Positions 44,725-53,872 of a DNA stretch of 64,000 bases are shown here, one piece after another. Within the stretch, counting starts at the first letter, position 1. Each line of letters starts with the position of its first letter. The position numbers and the translations under genes were made by a program. Source of the DNA: an uncultured bacterium (GTDB lineage: Bacteria > RBG-13-66-14); assembly GCA_964436465.1 (NCBI GenBank), contig CAYTCV010000004.1, positions 1,196-65,195 on the forward strand. Reading direction: 5' to 3'. The notes beneath the pieces are model-generated. The model did not search any database. It saw only the letters and a program-made list of their open reading frames with translations, and was not told the DNA's origin.

Positions 44725-46377
44725 ATGCCGCGCGAATTGCATGCCCCCACCGGGACCACGCTCAACTGCCGGGGCTGGCACCAGGAGGCCGCCTACCGGA
44801 TGCTCCAGAACAACCTGGACCCCGCCGTGGCCGAGGACCCGGCCAATCTCATCGTCTACGGCGGCTCGGGCAAGGCGGCGCGGAACTGGGAGTCCCTGGA
44901 GGCAATCCTGAGGACCCTGCGCACCCTGGGGAACGACGAGACGCTCCTGGTCCAGTCGGGCAAGCCGGTGGGCGTCTTCACCACCCATGAACAGGCCCCC
45001 CGGGTTCTGCTGGCCAACTCCAACCTCGTGCCCCGGTGGGCTACGTGGGAGCACTTCTACGAGCTGGAGGCCAAGGGACTCATCATGTACGGCCAGATGA
45101 CCGCCGGCTCCTGGATATACATCGGCACACAGGGCATCCTCCAGGGGACCTACGAGACACTGGCCGAGCTGGCCCGCCGGCACTTCGGCGGTTCGCTCAA
45201 GGGGAGATGGGTTCTGACCGGCGGCATGGGCGGCATGTCCGGCGCCCAGCCCCTGGCGGTCACCATGAACGACGGCGTCTGCCTGGACGTGGAGGTGGAC
45301 CCGGCCAGAATCGAAAAGCGTCTGTCCACCGGCTACTGCGACCGCATGGTAACCGATTTGGACGAGGCGCTGCGGCTGGTGGATGAATTCACCAAAAAGG
45401 GCGAGCCCCTCTCCATCGGCCTGGTGGGCAACTGCGCCGACGTGCACCCGGAACTGGTCCGCCGCGGGGTCACGCCGGACGTGCTCACCGACCAGACCTC
45501 GGCCCACGACGAGCTCTCGGGCTACGTCCCCCACGGAATGCCGCTCGCGGAAGCCCTGGCCTTGAGGAAGAAAAATCCGGCGGAGTACAAGAAGCGCTCG
45601 CTGGCGTCCATGGTGGTCCATATGAACGCGATGGTCGCGATGCAAAAGGCGGGAGCGGCGGCCTTCGACTACGGCAACAACATCCGCGGCCAGACCGTGG
45701 ACCGCGGCGCACCCGAGGCGTTCAACATCCAGGGCTTCGTCCCGCTCTACATCCGCCCGCTCTTCTGCGACGGCAAGGGCCCCTTCCGCTGGGCGGCGCT
45801 CTCCGGCGACCCCGCCGACATCCACGCCACCGACGAGGCGGTCCTGCGTCTCTTCCCGGAGGACGAGGCCCTGGCCCGCTGGATAAAAAAGGCCCGGGCG
45901 AAGGTCCGCTTCCAGGGTCTGCCCTGCCGCATCTGCTGGCTGGGGTACGGAGACCGCGAAAAATTCGGCCTGGAAATCAACCGCATGGTGCGCGACGGCC
46001 GGTTGAAGGCGCCCATCGTCATCGGCCGCGACCACCTGGATTGCGGCTCCGTGGCCAGTCCCAACCGCGAGACCGAGGGCATGGCCGACGGCTCCGACGC
46101 CGTGAGCGACTGGCCCTTCCTGAACGCAATGCTCAACGCCGTGGGCGGGGCGAGCTGGGTCAGCGTCCACCACGGCGGCGGGGTGGGCATGGGCTATTCC
46201 CAACACGCCGGCATGGTCATAGTCGCCGACGGTACGCCGGGAATGGACGAGCGTCTGTCCCGCGTGCTGACCACGGACCCCGGCCTCGGAATCGTCCGCC
46301 ACGCCGACGCCGGCTACCCCCGGGCCATCGAGAACGCCAAGAAATTCGGCATAAAAATGCCGATGTCGGACGCCTGA
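44725..46377 (+). CDS. hutU: Urocanate hydratase
   Basis: Start ATG at 44725 (the track ORF extends upstream). [14 protein letters not shown]-binding motif; 550 aa typical of HutU. Confidence 0.9.
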   Translation: MPRELHAPTGTTLNCRGWHQEAAYRMLQNNLDPAVAEDPANLIVYGGSGKAARNWESLEAILRTLRTLGNDETLLVQSGKPVGVFTTHEQAPRVLLANSNLVPRWATWEHFYELEAKGLIMYGQMTAGSWIYIGTQGILQGTYETLAELARRHFGGSLKGRWVLTGGMGGMSGAQPLAVTMNDGVCLDVEVDPARIEKRLSTGYCDRMVTDLDEALRLVDEFTKKGEPLSIGLVGNCADVHPELVRRGVTPDVLTDQTSAHDELSGYVPHGMPLAEALALRKKNPAEYKKRSLASMVVHMNAMVAMQKAGAAAFDYGNNIRGQTVDRGAPEAFNIQGFVPLYIRPLFCDGKGPFRWAALSGDPADIHATDEAVLRLFPEDEALARWIKKARAKVRFQGLPCRICWLGYGDREKFGLEINRMVRDGRLKAPIVIGRDHLDCGSVASPNRETEGMADGSDAVSDWPFLNAMLNAVGGASWVSVHHGGGVGMGYSQHAGMVIVADGTPGMDERLSRVLTTDPGLGIVRHADAGYPRAIENAKKFGIKMPMSDA

Positions 46378-46450
46378 CCGGAACCGCGCGACGGCGAGCC
46401 GCGCCCGTTTTTCATCCGCCGGAAAACCCGATAGAAAAGAAGGAGTCGCT

Positions 46451-46948
46451 ATGGGTAAAAAAGGCGCCGAGATAGTGGGCATGGACACCGGGAAGCTCGT
46501 CGCGGAGCTCAACCGGGCCCTGGCCGACGAGTGGCTGGCCTACTACCAGTACTGGCTGGGAGCGAAGGTTATACAGGGCCCCCTGCGGGAGGCGGCCATG
46601 GACGAGCTCATCGAGCACGCCGACGACGAGCTCCGGCACGCGGGGCTCCTCGCCGACCGCATCCTCCAACTCGGCGGCACGCCCGTGCTCAAGCCCGAGG
46701 AGTGGTACAAAATCACCAACTGCGGCTACGACGCCCCGGCCGACCCGCACGTCCGCAAACTTTTGGAACAGAACATCGCCGGCGAGCGATGCGCCATCGG
46801 CGTTTACCAGAAGCTCACCTCCCTGGTCAAGGACGCCGACCCCATCACGTACCACATGCTCCTGACCATTCTGGCCGACGAGGTCGAGCACGAGGACGAC
46901 CTGGAATCCGTCCTCGAAGACCTGAATCTCTTGATGAAAAAGGCGTAA
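46451..46948 (+). CDS. Ferritin-like diiron protein (Dps-like / bacterioferritin-like)
   Basis: Four-helix ferritin fold signatures: E...ExxH pairs (LADEWLAYYQYW; HADDELRHAGLL; ILADEVEHEDDL). 165 aa. Confidence 0.7.
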   Translation: MGKKGAEIVGMDTGKLVAELNRALADEWLAYYQYWLGAKVIQGPLREAAMDELIEHADDELRHAGLLADRILQLGGTPVLKPEEWYKITNCGYDAPADPHVRKLLEQNIAGERCAIGVYQKLTSLVKDADPITYHMLLTILADEVEHEDDLESVLEDLNLLMKKA

Positions 46949-46982
46949 TCACACCTACACCTTTAAACCTGTCCCGACCATC

Positions 46983-47008
46983 GAGGCTGCCGCACGGCAG
47001 CCTTTTTC
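46983..47008 (+). terminator. Rho-independent terminator after the first ferritin-like gene
   Basis: GGCTGCCGcacgGCAGCCttttt read directly. Confidence 0.55.
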
Positions 47009-47323
47009 AAGAATTATAATCACCGACTATCGGGCACTCCAACTGGGTTTTTTTAAACAAAAATGACGTTACTACTGCGCCGGGGGTAAAAGCCTACGTG
47101 GACAGCAGTCCCGCTATCAATGTATAAGCCGCTTAGTGTTCAAGCTATATTTAATGCAAGCGTAATATCAAGTTTATGAATTAGTTTCAATTTTCCATAG
47201 TCGTTTATATTATGACTTTAAATATTCGTAATATATAATGTAGTTACACAATAAAGGCGCTATACTTTTTCCGTGGCTCCCGTCGTCAACAAAAAAAACC
47301 CAACCTGTAATGGAGGAAAAACC

Positions 47324-47875
47324 ATGGCCAAAGTCGCCAGAGAGATGGTGGAAAAAGCCGGCGTGGACGTGGACAAGCTCCTGGACCTGCTGGTGAAGAA
47401 CGCCGCCGCCGAGCTCACCACCTATTACTACTACACCATCCTGCGGTCCAACCTCACGGGCCTGGACGGCGAGACCCTGAAGGAAATCGCCGAGACGGCC
47501 CGCGTTGAGGACCGCAACCACTTCGAGGCTCTCTTCCCGCGCATCTACGAACTGGGCGGCAAGCTGCCCGACGACATGAAGAAGTTCCACGACCTGTCCG
47601 CCTGCCCGCCGGCCCACCTCCCCAAAGACATCTCCGACGTCAGGGGCATCCTGAAGGTGCTCGTGGCGGCGGAGCGCTGCGCCGTCCGCGGCTACACCGA
47701 GCTCTGCCACATGACCGCGGGCAAGGACCACCGAACCTACGACCTGGTCCTGGCCATCCTCAACGAGGAAATCGAGCACGAATCCTGGTTCTCCGAATTC
47801 CTCGGCGAGGGGCCCTCGGGGCACTTCATGCGTCGCGGCGAGACTTCGCCCTTCGTTTCGAAGTTTCTCCGGTAG
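47324..47875 (+). CDS. Ferritin-like diiron protein, second paralog
   Basis: Start ATG at 47324 with GGAGG RBS. Ferritin-like E/H motifs (AAAELTTYYYYT; VEDRNHFEAL; ILNEEIEHESWF). Confidence 0.7.
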   Translation: MAKVAREMVEKAGVDVDKLLDLLVKNAAAELTTYYYYTILRSNLTGLDGETLKEIAETARVEDRNHFEALFPRIYELGGKLPDDMKKFHDLSACPPAHLPKDISDVRGILKVLVAAERCAVRGYTELCHMTAGKDHRTYDLVLAILNEEIEHESWFSEFLGEGPSGHFMRRGETSPFVSKFLR

Positions 47876-47952
47876 CGGCGAACCGTAGAAGAAGCCGGCC
47901 CTCGGGTCGGCTTTTGGTTGCGGCGCGGACCGGCCCGTGGTAAAGTTTATCC

Positions 47953-48162
47953 GTGCTGGATAAAGATACGAGCGTGGAGCGGCTTCTGGAGGAGCACCCG
48001 GCGGCGGCCGACTGGCTCCTGCAGCGGGGTATCGTCTGCCTGCGCTGTGGCGAGCCTTTCTGGGGCAGCCTGGCCGAGCTTCTGGCCAACAAGGGCCACT
48101 CGACGGCGGACGTGGAGAAAATCGTCGCCGAGCTGAACGCATTTCTGGAGAAGGGGGAGTGA
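47953..48162 (+). CDS. DUF1858-type small redox-disulfide protein (hybrid-cluster-protein-associated CxxC domain family)
   Basis: 69 aa; HPAAADWLLQRGIVCLRCGE matches the DUF1858 pattern with its conserved CxxC pair. Confidence 0.65.
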   Translation: MLDKDTSVERLLEEHPAAADWLLQRGIVCLRCGEPFWGSLAELLANKGHSTADVEKIVAELNAFLEKGE

Positions 48163-48374
48163 TGGTGACCAAGGACACGCCGGTCAGGACCGTCATCGCG
48201 GACCACCCCAAGGCCGCCGACTGGTTTCAGCAGCGGGGAATAATCTGTCTGCGGTGTAACGAAGTCTTCCCCGGCACGGTGGGCGAGCTCCTGGCGACGA
48301 AGCGCTACCGGCCGAACCAGGTCGAGGAAATCATCGGCTGGCTCAACGGGTATCTGGAGGGGGAGAACGGTTAA
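48159..48374 (+). CDS. DUF1858-type small redox-disulfide protein, tandem paralog
   Basis: 71 aa; HPKAADWFQQRGIICLRCNE. 4-nt overlap with the preceding gene. Confidence 0.65.
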   Translation: MMVTKDTPVRTVIADHPKAADWFQQRGIICLRCNEVFPGTVGELLATKRYRPNQVEEIIGWLNGYLEGENG

Positions 48375-48465
48375 CGTCGGGCGGGTCGGAGCCGGAAATG
48401 GAAAACGGACCAATCCGGCTGTATAATTAAGTAATTTTCAAGCCACAACCCAAGGAGGTCCGGCT

Positions 48466-49077
48466 ATGAGAAGTTCGATAAAAACCCTCCTCGCACTGCT
48501 CTGCACCCTCGTTCTGGCCCTCGTTCCGGGCTGTGCCAGCTCCACGGGAGACGGAGGCGGTGACGGTGACGGTGACGGTGACGGCAATGGACACGGCCTC
48601 GGCTGGGGTATCAACCTGGCCGACGCCGTCCGCGACGCGGAGATGCCCGACGGCGTTTTGTACAACATTGCCTGCATCGACGTCACCGGTGACGGCGAGC
48701 CCGAGGAGAACCTACCCTGGCAGTTCTACTATGCCGAACTGCCGGGCGGGGCTGACGAGGACGTCCTCATCGTCATCGTCCAGTACGACGGCTCGACCAA
48801 CACGATGTGGGTCACCGATTCCAGCCTCCCCCCGGAGGGCCTGCCCGACTACGACGACGCCGGGCCCTGGGTGGAAGCCGCCGCCGACGCCCTGGCCGAC
48901 GAGGGATACCCCGATTGGCTCCCCCAGAGTTTGTTCGTCGAGCCCTACGATGGGGATGACTTCCCCGGCACCGAGAACTGGGCCGTCCTCGTGTTCGTTC
49001 CCGAGGATTACACGGGTCAGGCGAACATAGCGGTGGACGCCGACACCAACGAGGTGTTGGATGTCGCGGTTTTCTGA
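48466..49077 (+). CDS. Acidic lipoprotein with Gly-Asp repeat, unknown function
   Basis: Lipobox LVPGC, then GDGGGDGDGDGDGNGHG; very acidic (D/E-rich) 203 aa. Confidence 0.55.
   Translation: MRSSIKTLLALLCTLVLALVPGCASSTGDGGGDGDGDGDGNGHGLGWGINLADAVRDAEMPDGVLYNIACIDVTGDGEPEENLPWQFYYAELPGGADEDVLIVIVQYDGSTNTMWVTDSSLPPEGLPDYDDAGPWVEAAADALADEGYPDWLPQSLFVEPYDGDDFPGTENWAVLVFVPEDYTGQANIAVDADTNEVLDVAVF
48559..48585 (+). repeat. Hexanucleotide tandem repeat (GGTGAC)x4 encoding the (GD)n tract
   Basis: ggtgacggtgacggtgacggtgacggc read directly. Confidence 0.8.
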
Positions 49078-49147
49078 GCGCTGAGCGGAACCGTATATAA
49101 ACGAGGTGGCTCGGCGAGTCCACCTCGTTTCATATGTCAATGAGAAA

Positions 49148-49600
49148 CTATGCGCCGTGCTCCCGCTCCAGGATGAGCGTCACCGGGCCGTCGTTCACCA
49201 GGCTCACGTGCATGTGGGCGCCGAAGACGCCCTCGGCCACGGTGAACCCCCGTTCTCGTAACATTTGCGCTAATTGCTTACACATCGGCTCCGCCGTCTC
49301 CGGCGGGGCGCTCTTTACGTAACTCGGACGCCGTCCCTTCCGGCAGTCCCCGTAGAGCGTGAACTGGCTGACGACGAGCAGCTCACCCTTTCCCAAATCG
49401 CGCAGGGAGCGGTTCAGCTTCCCCGCCTCGTCCCGGCACACCCGCAGGTCCAGGATTTTTTGCGCCATCCAGGCCAGCTCCGCCTCAGTGTCTCCAACGG
49501 CCACGGCGACCAACAGGACGTGGCCGAAGCCGATTTCGCCGACGACCCGGCCGTCCACCTCGACCCTGGCCTCTAAAACGTGTTGCAGGACCACGCGCAA
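49148..49600 (-). CDS. dtd: D-aminoacyl-tRNA deacylase
   Basis: MRVVLQHV...GFGHVLLVAVAVGD...SQFTLYGD motifs of DTD. Confidence 0.88.
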   Translation of the reverse strand: MRVVLQHVLEARVEVDGRVVGEIGFGHVLLVAVAVGDTEAELAWMAQKILDLRVCRDEAGKLNRSLRDLGKGELLVVSQFTLYGDCRKGRRPSYVKSAPPETAEPMCKQLAQMLRERGFTVAEGVFGAHMHVSLVNDGPVTLILEREHGA

Positions 49601-49610
49601 AACTCCCCTC

Positions 49611-50090
49611 CTAGGCCGACTCTGCCTCTTCGAGGGGGTAGAGTGTGCCGCAGTAGGGGCAGTGCACCGCCGGTACGCCCTCGATTTTAGTGATGTGCCC
49701 GGTGGAGACCGCCGCGCCGCAGTTGGGGCAGCGGGTTTTCAGTCGGACCGGGCGCCGCTCCGGTTGCGTCGCCTTCGGTTGAATCGAATCCTGCAAACGC
49801 TGCATCGTTTCCCGGAAATCGACGCCGCTCCACCTGGACGCTCCGACATCCGTCGTGGAGGCCCGGATTACGGCCCGGATAAAGAAGATGAGCGAAAAGA
49901 GGAAGAAGCCGCCTAAAAACCAGGGCAGGAAGTACCAACCGATGGACAGCCCGAAGACGATACCCGGCCCCAGAGCAGTGCAGCCGATGACGAACAGGAT
50001 AATCCAGAGCATCAGATGACCGGAGCGTGTGGCAGCGCGCCTGTCGGGCCGTGTATCGGTTCCGTCCGATGCGTCGATTTTCACCCGCAT
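49611..50090 (-). CDS. Membrane protein with C-terminal zinc-ribbon (CPNCG...CPYCG)
   Basis: Two TM helices (LMLWIILFVIGCTALGPGIVFGL; FLPWFLGGFFLFSLIFFI), then a C4 zinc ribbon. Confidence 0.45.
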   Translation of the reverse strand: MRVKIDASDGTDTRPDRRAATRSGHLMLWIILFVIGCTALGPGIVFGLSIGWYFLPWFLGGFFLFSLIFFIRAVIRASTTDVGASRWSGVDFRETMQRLQDSIQPKATQPERRPVRLKTRCPNCGAAVSTGHITKIEGVPAVHCPYCGTLYPLEEAESA

Positions 50091-50479
50091 GGCTGCGTTT
50101 CACCGGTCCTTTCGGCGAGCTCATCCTCGGTGAAGACCGCCTCTCCCTCTTTAGCGTCGAAGGTGAGATAGGCGCGTTTGGCGAATTTCTGCGGCTCCCG
50201 GCGCACGGCCGACCGCCGACTGAGTTGAAGGATTAAAATCACCGCCGATACCGCGGCGCCCCCGGCCATGACCCCCAGGGCCAATCCCGCCCCGACCTCC
50301 CCGGGTACGACCGCGAGGACCACCACCGCCGCGCCGAAGAGGACGGTCAGGGTCAGGGACAGCAGGAGCGGGAACCGGTACAGCCTCCGCAGTCGCTCCG
50401 GGGGGTACTTCACCTCCACGGGCCGGAGGTCGTACCGGCCCGGCTCATCGGGAACCGGTCGCCCCACCCAGAGCCGCAT
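50081..50479 (-). CDS. Small membrane protein (two TM helices, possibly bacterial PH-domain-like)
   Basis: LLLSLTLTVLFGAAVVVLAVV and GLALGVMAGGAAVSAVILIL TM segments; 132 aa. Confidence 0.4.
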   Translation of the reverse strand: MRLWVGRPVPDEPGRYDLRPVEVKYPPERLRRLYRFPLLLSLTLTVLFGAAVVVLAVVPGEVGAGLALGVMAGGAAVSAVILILQLSRRSAVRREPQKFAKRAYLTFDAKEGEAVFTEDELAERTGETQPCG

Positions 50480-50484
50480 ATTTT

Positions 50485-51189
50485 CTACCGCCGGTTGAAG
50501 GCGCCGGCAATCAAGAGCAGGCGCAGCAGAATCAACAGGCTGGACACCAGGGCGGCGACGTAGGTCAGTGCCGCGGCGGAGAGAATCTTCCGCGCCCCTT
50601 TCTGCTCCTCGGGCTCCAGGTAATTCCCGTCACGCAGAATCACCAGGGCCCGCGCGCTGGCGTTGAACTCCACCGGCAGGGTTATGAGCTGGAACAGCAA
50701 AAGGAGCGTGAAACAGCCGATGCCGACCCAGACCAAGGGCTCCACGGCGAAGATGAGCCCGGCGATGAACAGCGGCAGGTAGAGCCAGGAGCCGATTCGG
50801 GTCGCGGGGACGACGGCGTTGCGCAGATGGAGCGGAAAGTAGCCGCTTCCGTGCTGGATGGCGTGGCCGACCTCATGGGCCGCCACCCCCACCGCCGCCA
50901 CAGAGGCCGAATGGGCCACATCGGCGGATAGGTAAAGCTTGCGCGTCCGCGGGTCGTAGTGGTCCGACAGACGGCCGCCGACCACCTCGATTTCCACGTC
51001 GGGCAGCCCGGCCTCGGCCAGGATGCCGGCCGCCACCTGCGCCCCGGTCAGACCTCCGTGCGTCCGGACCTGGGAGTAGCGGCGGAAGCGCGAGTTGACC
51101 AGGGACTGGGCGATGAGCCCCAGGATGAGACCGGGGACGAGGAGCAGAATCGTCCAATCGTTGTAAAACCAGCCGAAGCCGTAAAACAT
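50485..51189 (-). CDS. Membrane zinc metallopeptidase, YugP-like (COG2738)
   Basis: Start MFYGFGWFY (ATG at 51189). HEVGHAIQH zinc-binding motif, flanking TM helices. Confidence 0.75.
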   Translation of the reverse strand: MFYGFGWFYNDWTILLLVPGLILGLIAQSLVNSRFRRYSQVRTHGGLTGAQVAAGILAEAGLPDVEIEVVGGRLSDHYDPRTRKLYLSADVAHSASVAAVGVAAHEVGHAIQHGSGYFPLHLRNAVVPATRIGSWLYLPLFIAGLIFAVEPLVWVGIGCFTLLLLFQLITLPVEFNASARALVILRDGNYLEPEEQKGARKILSAAALTYVAALVSSLLILLRLLLIAGAFNRR

Positions 51190-51322
51190 GGGGTCCTCCG
51201 AACGCCCCTCGAATCTCGCCCCCATTATAACCACTCACGCGGTGTCTGACCACACCCGGCCCGACAACTTGACCGGTCGCTTCCACCGGCGCATAATTCA
51301 GGCGACCCTTCCGGAGGTTCAG

Positions 51323-51841
51323 GTGGAACGGGAATCGCTACGGCTGGCCGGGCTGGAAATCATCATCACCAAGGGCGACATCGCCCGGGTGGTATGCGAC
51401 GCGGTGGTCAACGCGGCGAACAACCACCTGTGGATGGGCTCGGGTGTGGCCGGCGCGTTGAAAAAGGCCGGGGGCCCCTCCGTCGAGCGCGAGGCGATGG
51501 CGCAGGGGCCCATCGAGGTGGGCCGAGCGGTGACCACGGGCGCCGGTAACCTGCCGGTCAAATGGGTCATCCACGCGGCGGTGATGGGCCAGGACCTGGA
51601 GACGGACGCCGACAAGGTCCGACGGGCCACGGTCAGTGCCATGGAGGAGGCCGAACGAATCGGGGCTAAAACCGTCGCTCTGCCCGCTCTGGGAACCGGG
51701 GTCGGTGGACTGGCCCTGGAGGGCTGCGCCCGGGCCATGCGCGCCGGTCTGGAGGAGGCCATGCCGCTGGCGAGCGTCCGGCGCGTGATTTTCGTCCTCT
51801 ACGGACCCCGGGCCTACGAGGCCTTCCGGTCGGCGTTCTGA
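51323..51841 (+). CDS. Macro-domain protein (ADP-ribose binding / O-acetyl-ADP-ribose deacetylase-like)
   Basis: GDIARVVCDAVVNAANNHLWMGSGVAGAL and ALPALGTGVGG macro-domain motifs. GTG start at 51323 after GGAGG. Confidence 0.8.
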   Translation: MERESLRLAGLEIIITKGDIARVVCDAVVNAANNHLWMGSGVAGALKKAGGPSVEREAMAQGPIEVGRAVTTGAGNLPVKWVIHAAVMGQDLETDADKVRRATVSAMEEAERIGAKTVALPALGTGVGGLALEGCARAMRAGLEEAMPLASVRRVIFVLYGPRAYEAFRSAF

Positions 51842-51852
51842 ACCGCGGTGTG

Positions 51853-51889
51853 TAAAAAAAAGAGGGGCGTTGCGCCCCGTTTTTTTTCG
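51853..51889. terminator. Bidirectional rho-independent terminator between the macro-domain gene (+) and the rSAM operon (-)
   Basis: aaaaaaaaGAGGGGCGttgCGCCCCgttttttttc read directly. Confidence 0.65.
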
Positions 51890-51895
51890 AAAAAC

Positions 51896-52126
51896 TTAGC
51901 TGCGCAGCTTTACCCGAATGACCGAGTTGGTCGTCTCGGTGCGCAGGTCGAGCACGTCGATTTCCACCGGCGGTGCATTCTCCTCCCGGACGATGACCGC
52001 CCCCTCCATCTCCTCCGCCGTGATGAAGCCGGGGAAGTAGAGGAGCCGTTCCCCGGCCTCGCGGCCCACCAGCGACCGGACGCGTAAAATCCGTCCGTCG
52101 GCCAGGTGCAACGCCGCATCGCCCAT
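51896..52126 (-). CDS. 76-aa protein of unknown function, translationally coupled to the upstream B12-binding radical SAM gene
   Basis: ORF begins 1 nt after the rSAM stop and is followed by a strong terminator. No recognisable motif. Confidence 0.45.
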   Translation of the reverse strand: MGDAALHLADGRILRVRSLVGREAGERLLYFPGFITAEEMEGAVIVREENAPPVEIDVLDLRTETTNSVIRVKLRS

Positions 52127-52127
52127 G

Positions 52128-53717
52128 CTACTCCCGCTCCTCGCGGCCCGAGACGGGCTGCTTCAGCGCCAGCTCCGGCATCCCCGATTTCCCCGCCCGC
52201 CGGAGCCGAAGCCGTCCCCAGAAACTCGCCCACTTCAAACCCAGTTGTAAAAACCACGGCGCACTGTTTCTCCCCCAGTTGATGACACGCATGACGAGGT
52301 TGCGCCAGGACATTAACCGGGGAGCCAGCCACCGTACGAGGTTACTCCGCCAGCGATTGCGACAGTAGCGCAGAACACGGGTCGGTATATAGGGGCTGGC
52401 CTCGATGAGCCGGCGCAGGGTCTTCGGCGTGTAGTACTGGTCGGGGTCGGTGGCGTAGAGGGGGGAATTGTACGCATCGGCCATCTTTTCCAGGAGGCCG
52501 TCGGCTACAACTTTGTCGTAGTATTCGGTACCGGGGAAGGGGGTCAGTGAATAGGCCCCGATGTAGAACGGACGCTTCAATGCCGTGAGCACGTCGATGG
52601 TGGCCAGAATGTCCTCCGGCGTCTCGTAGACGTTATCCACCAATGTATCATAGGTTTTAGTCACGCCGTATTCGGAGAGAAGCGCGTCCACCTCTAAAAA
52701 ATTCTCGTTCTCCTGAAAGCGTTCGAACACGGCGTGCGCCATGCGGCGGGAGCCGGTCTGCAGCCCAACCTCCACATGGAGCAATCCGGCGTCGGCCAGG
52801 AGCGCGAGCCTGCGCCGGTCGGTGTATTTGGGAATCAGACGGCAGACGAAGGGCAGGTTGACCCGCGCCTTGTACAGCCCGATGAACTCGTCCAGCCACT
52901 CGTCGGAACCCATGAAAAAGCTGTCGTCCTGGATGTTCACCCCGCGGATGAACGGCATCTTTTCCCGGACCTGCACCAGCTCCTCGATGCAGTTCCCCGG
53001 GCTGCGGCGCCTGAGGTAGGACTCGCCGTAGCACCGCCAGAAGAAGTTGTTCATGCAGTAACTGCAGTGGTACATGCACCCCCGGCTCGTCAAGAGGCGG
53101 TAGTAGGAACCCTCCCAGGTGTTGAGCCGCTTGTAGTCATCCCACGTCATCGGCAGGACGTCGTGCCCCGCACCGAAGAAGCAGTGCTCCACTTCGTAAT
53201 CGGGAAAAGGCACCGAATCCAGCTCGTATTCGATGTATATCCGGCCGCTCCGGCGCACCTCTTCGGGGTCCTCGCCCCGGAGGACGAAACTGGGGAGCCT
53301 CCGGTCGCCGCCCGCGTCCAGGGCGTCCAGGTAGGGAACGAATACACCCTCGGCGTCGGCGATGCAGACCGCGTCGGCGTGTTCCAGGCACTCCAGGGGT
53401 CTCACGGTGGGATGTATGCCGCCCCAGAGCACATGGCGCTCCTTTTTACGCGCTCGTTTGGACACCTCGACGGCCCGAGCGAACTCGTGGGTCATCACCG
53501 TCAGGCCGACGACGCCGATGTCCAGCTCGTCGAGCAGACGCTCAAAACCGGCCAACTCGGCCGGAGTTTCCGGATAGCGGCTGATATACGTGGGCGTGGG
53601 CTTGTGAAGGAAGAGCATCCAGACCTGGTGGCCACCTCCGCCGGCTATCGCCGACAGGACGCGGATGCTCGGCCCGTAGGCCTGGTTATCGAAGCAGACC
53701 AGGAGGACGTTGGCCAT
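52128..53717 (-). CDS. B12-binding domain radical SAM protein (class B rSAM)
   Basis: Start MANVLLVCFD (ATG at 53717). N-terminal cobalamin-binding Rossmann-like domain; radical SAM CMYHCSYC cluster motif; 530 aa. Confidence 0.8.
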   Translation of the reverse strand: MANVLLVCFDNQAYGPSIRVLSAIAGGGGHQVWMLFLHKPTPTYISRYPETPAELAGFERLLDELDIGVVGLTVMTHEFARAVEVSKRARKKERHVLWGGIHPTVRPLECLEHADAVCIADAEGVFVPYLDALDAGGDRRLPSFVLRGEDPEEVRRSGRIYIEYELDSVPFPDYEVEHCFFGAGHDVLPMTWDDYKRLNTWEGSYYRLLTSRGCMYHCSYCMNNFFWRCYGESYLRRRSPGNCIEELVQVREKMPFIRGVNIQDDSFFMGSDEWLDEFIGLYKARVNLPFVCRLIPKYTDRRRLALLADAGLLHVEVGLQTGSRRMAHAVFERFQENENFLEVDALLSEYGVTKTYDTLVDNVYETPEDILATIDVLTALKRPFYIGAYSLTPFPGTEYYDKVVADGLLEKMADAYNSPLYATDPDQYYTPKTLRRLIEASPYIPTRVLRYCRNRWRSNLVRWLAPRLMSWRNLVMRVINWGRNSAPWFLQLGLKWASFWGRLRLRRAGKSGMPELALKQPVSGREERE

Positions 53718-53872
53718 GGGGATGCCCCGCCGTATTGAGCACGGTTCGGGTCGAATATAGCACAAATGCGGTCGGACCGCTGACCGCAACGGCCCTTAAC
53801 CCTTCTTGAACGGGGACGGTTTGACCGCCGACGCCCGGAAAAGGTAAAATTTGACCCTTCCAGGGAGGGTGG

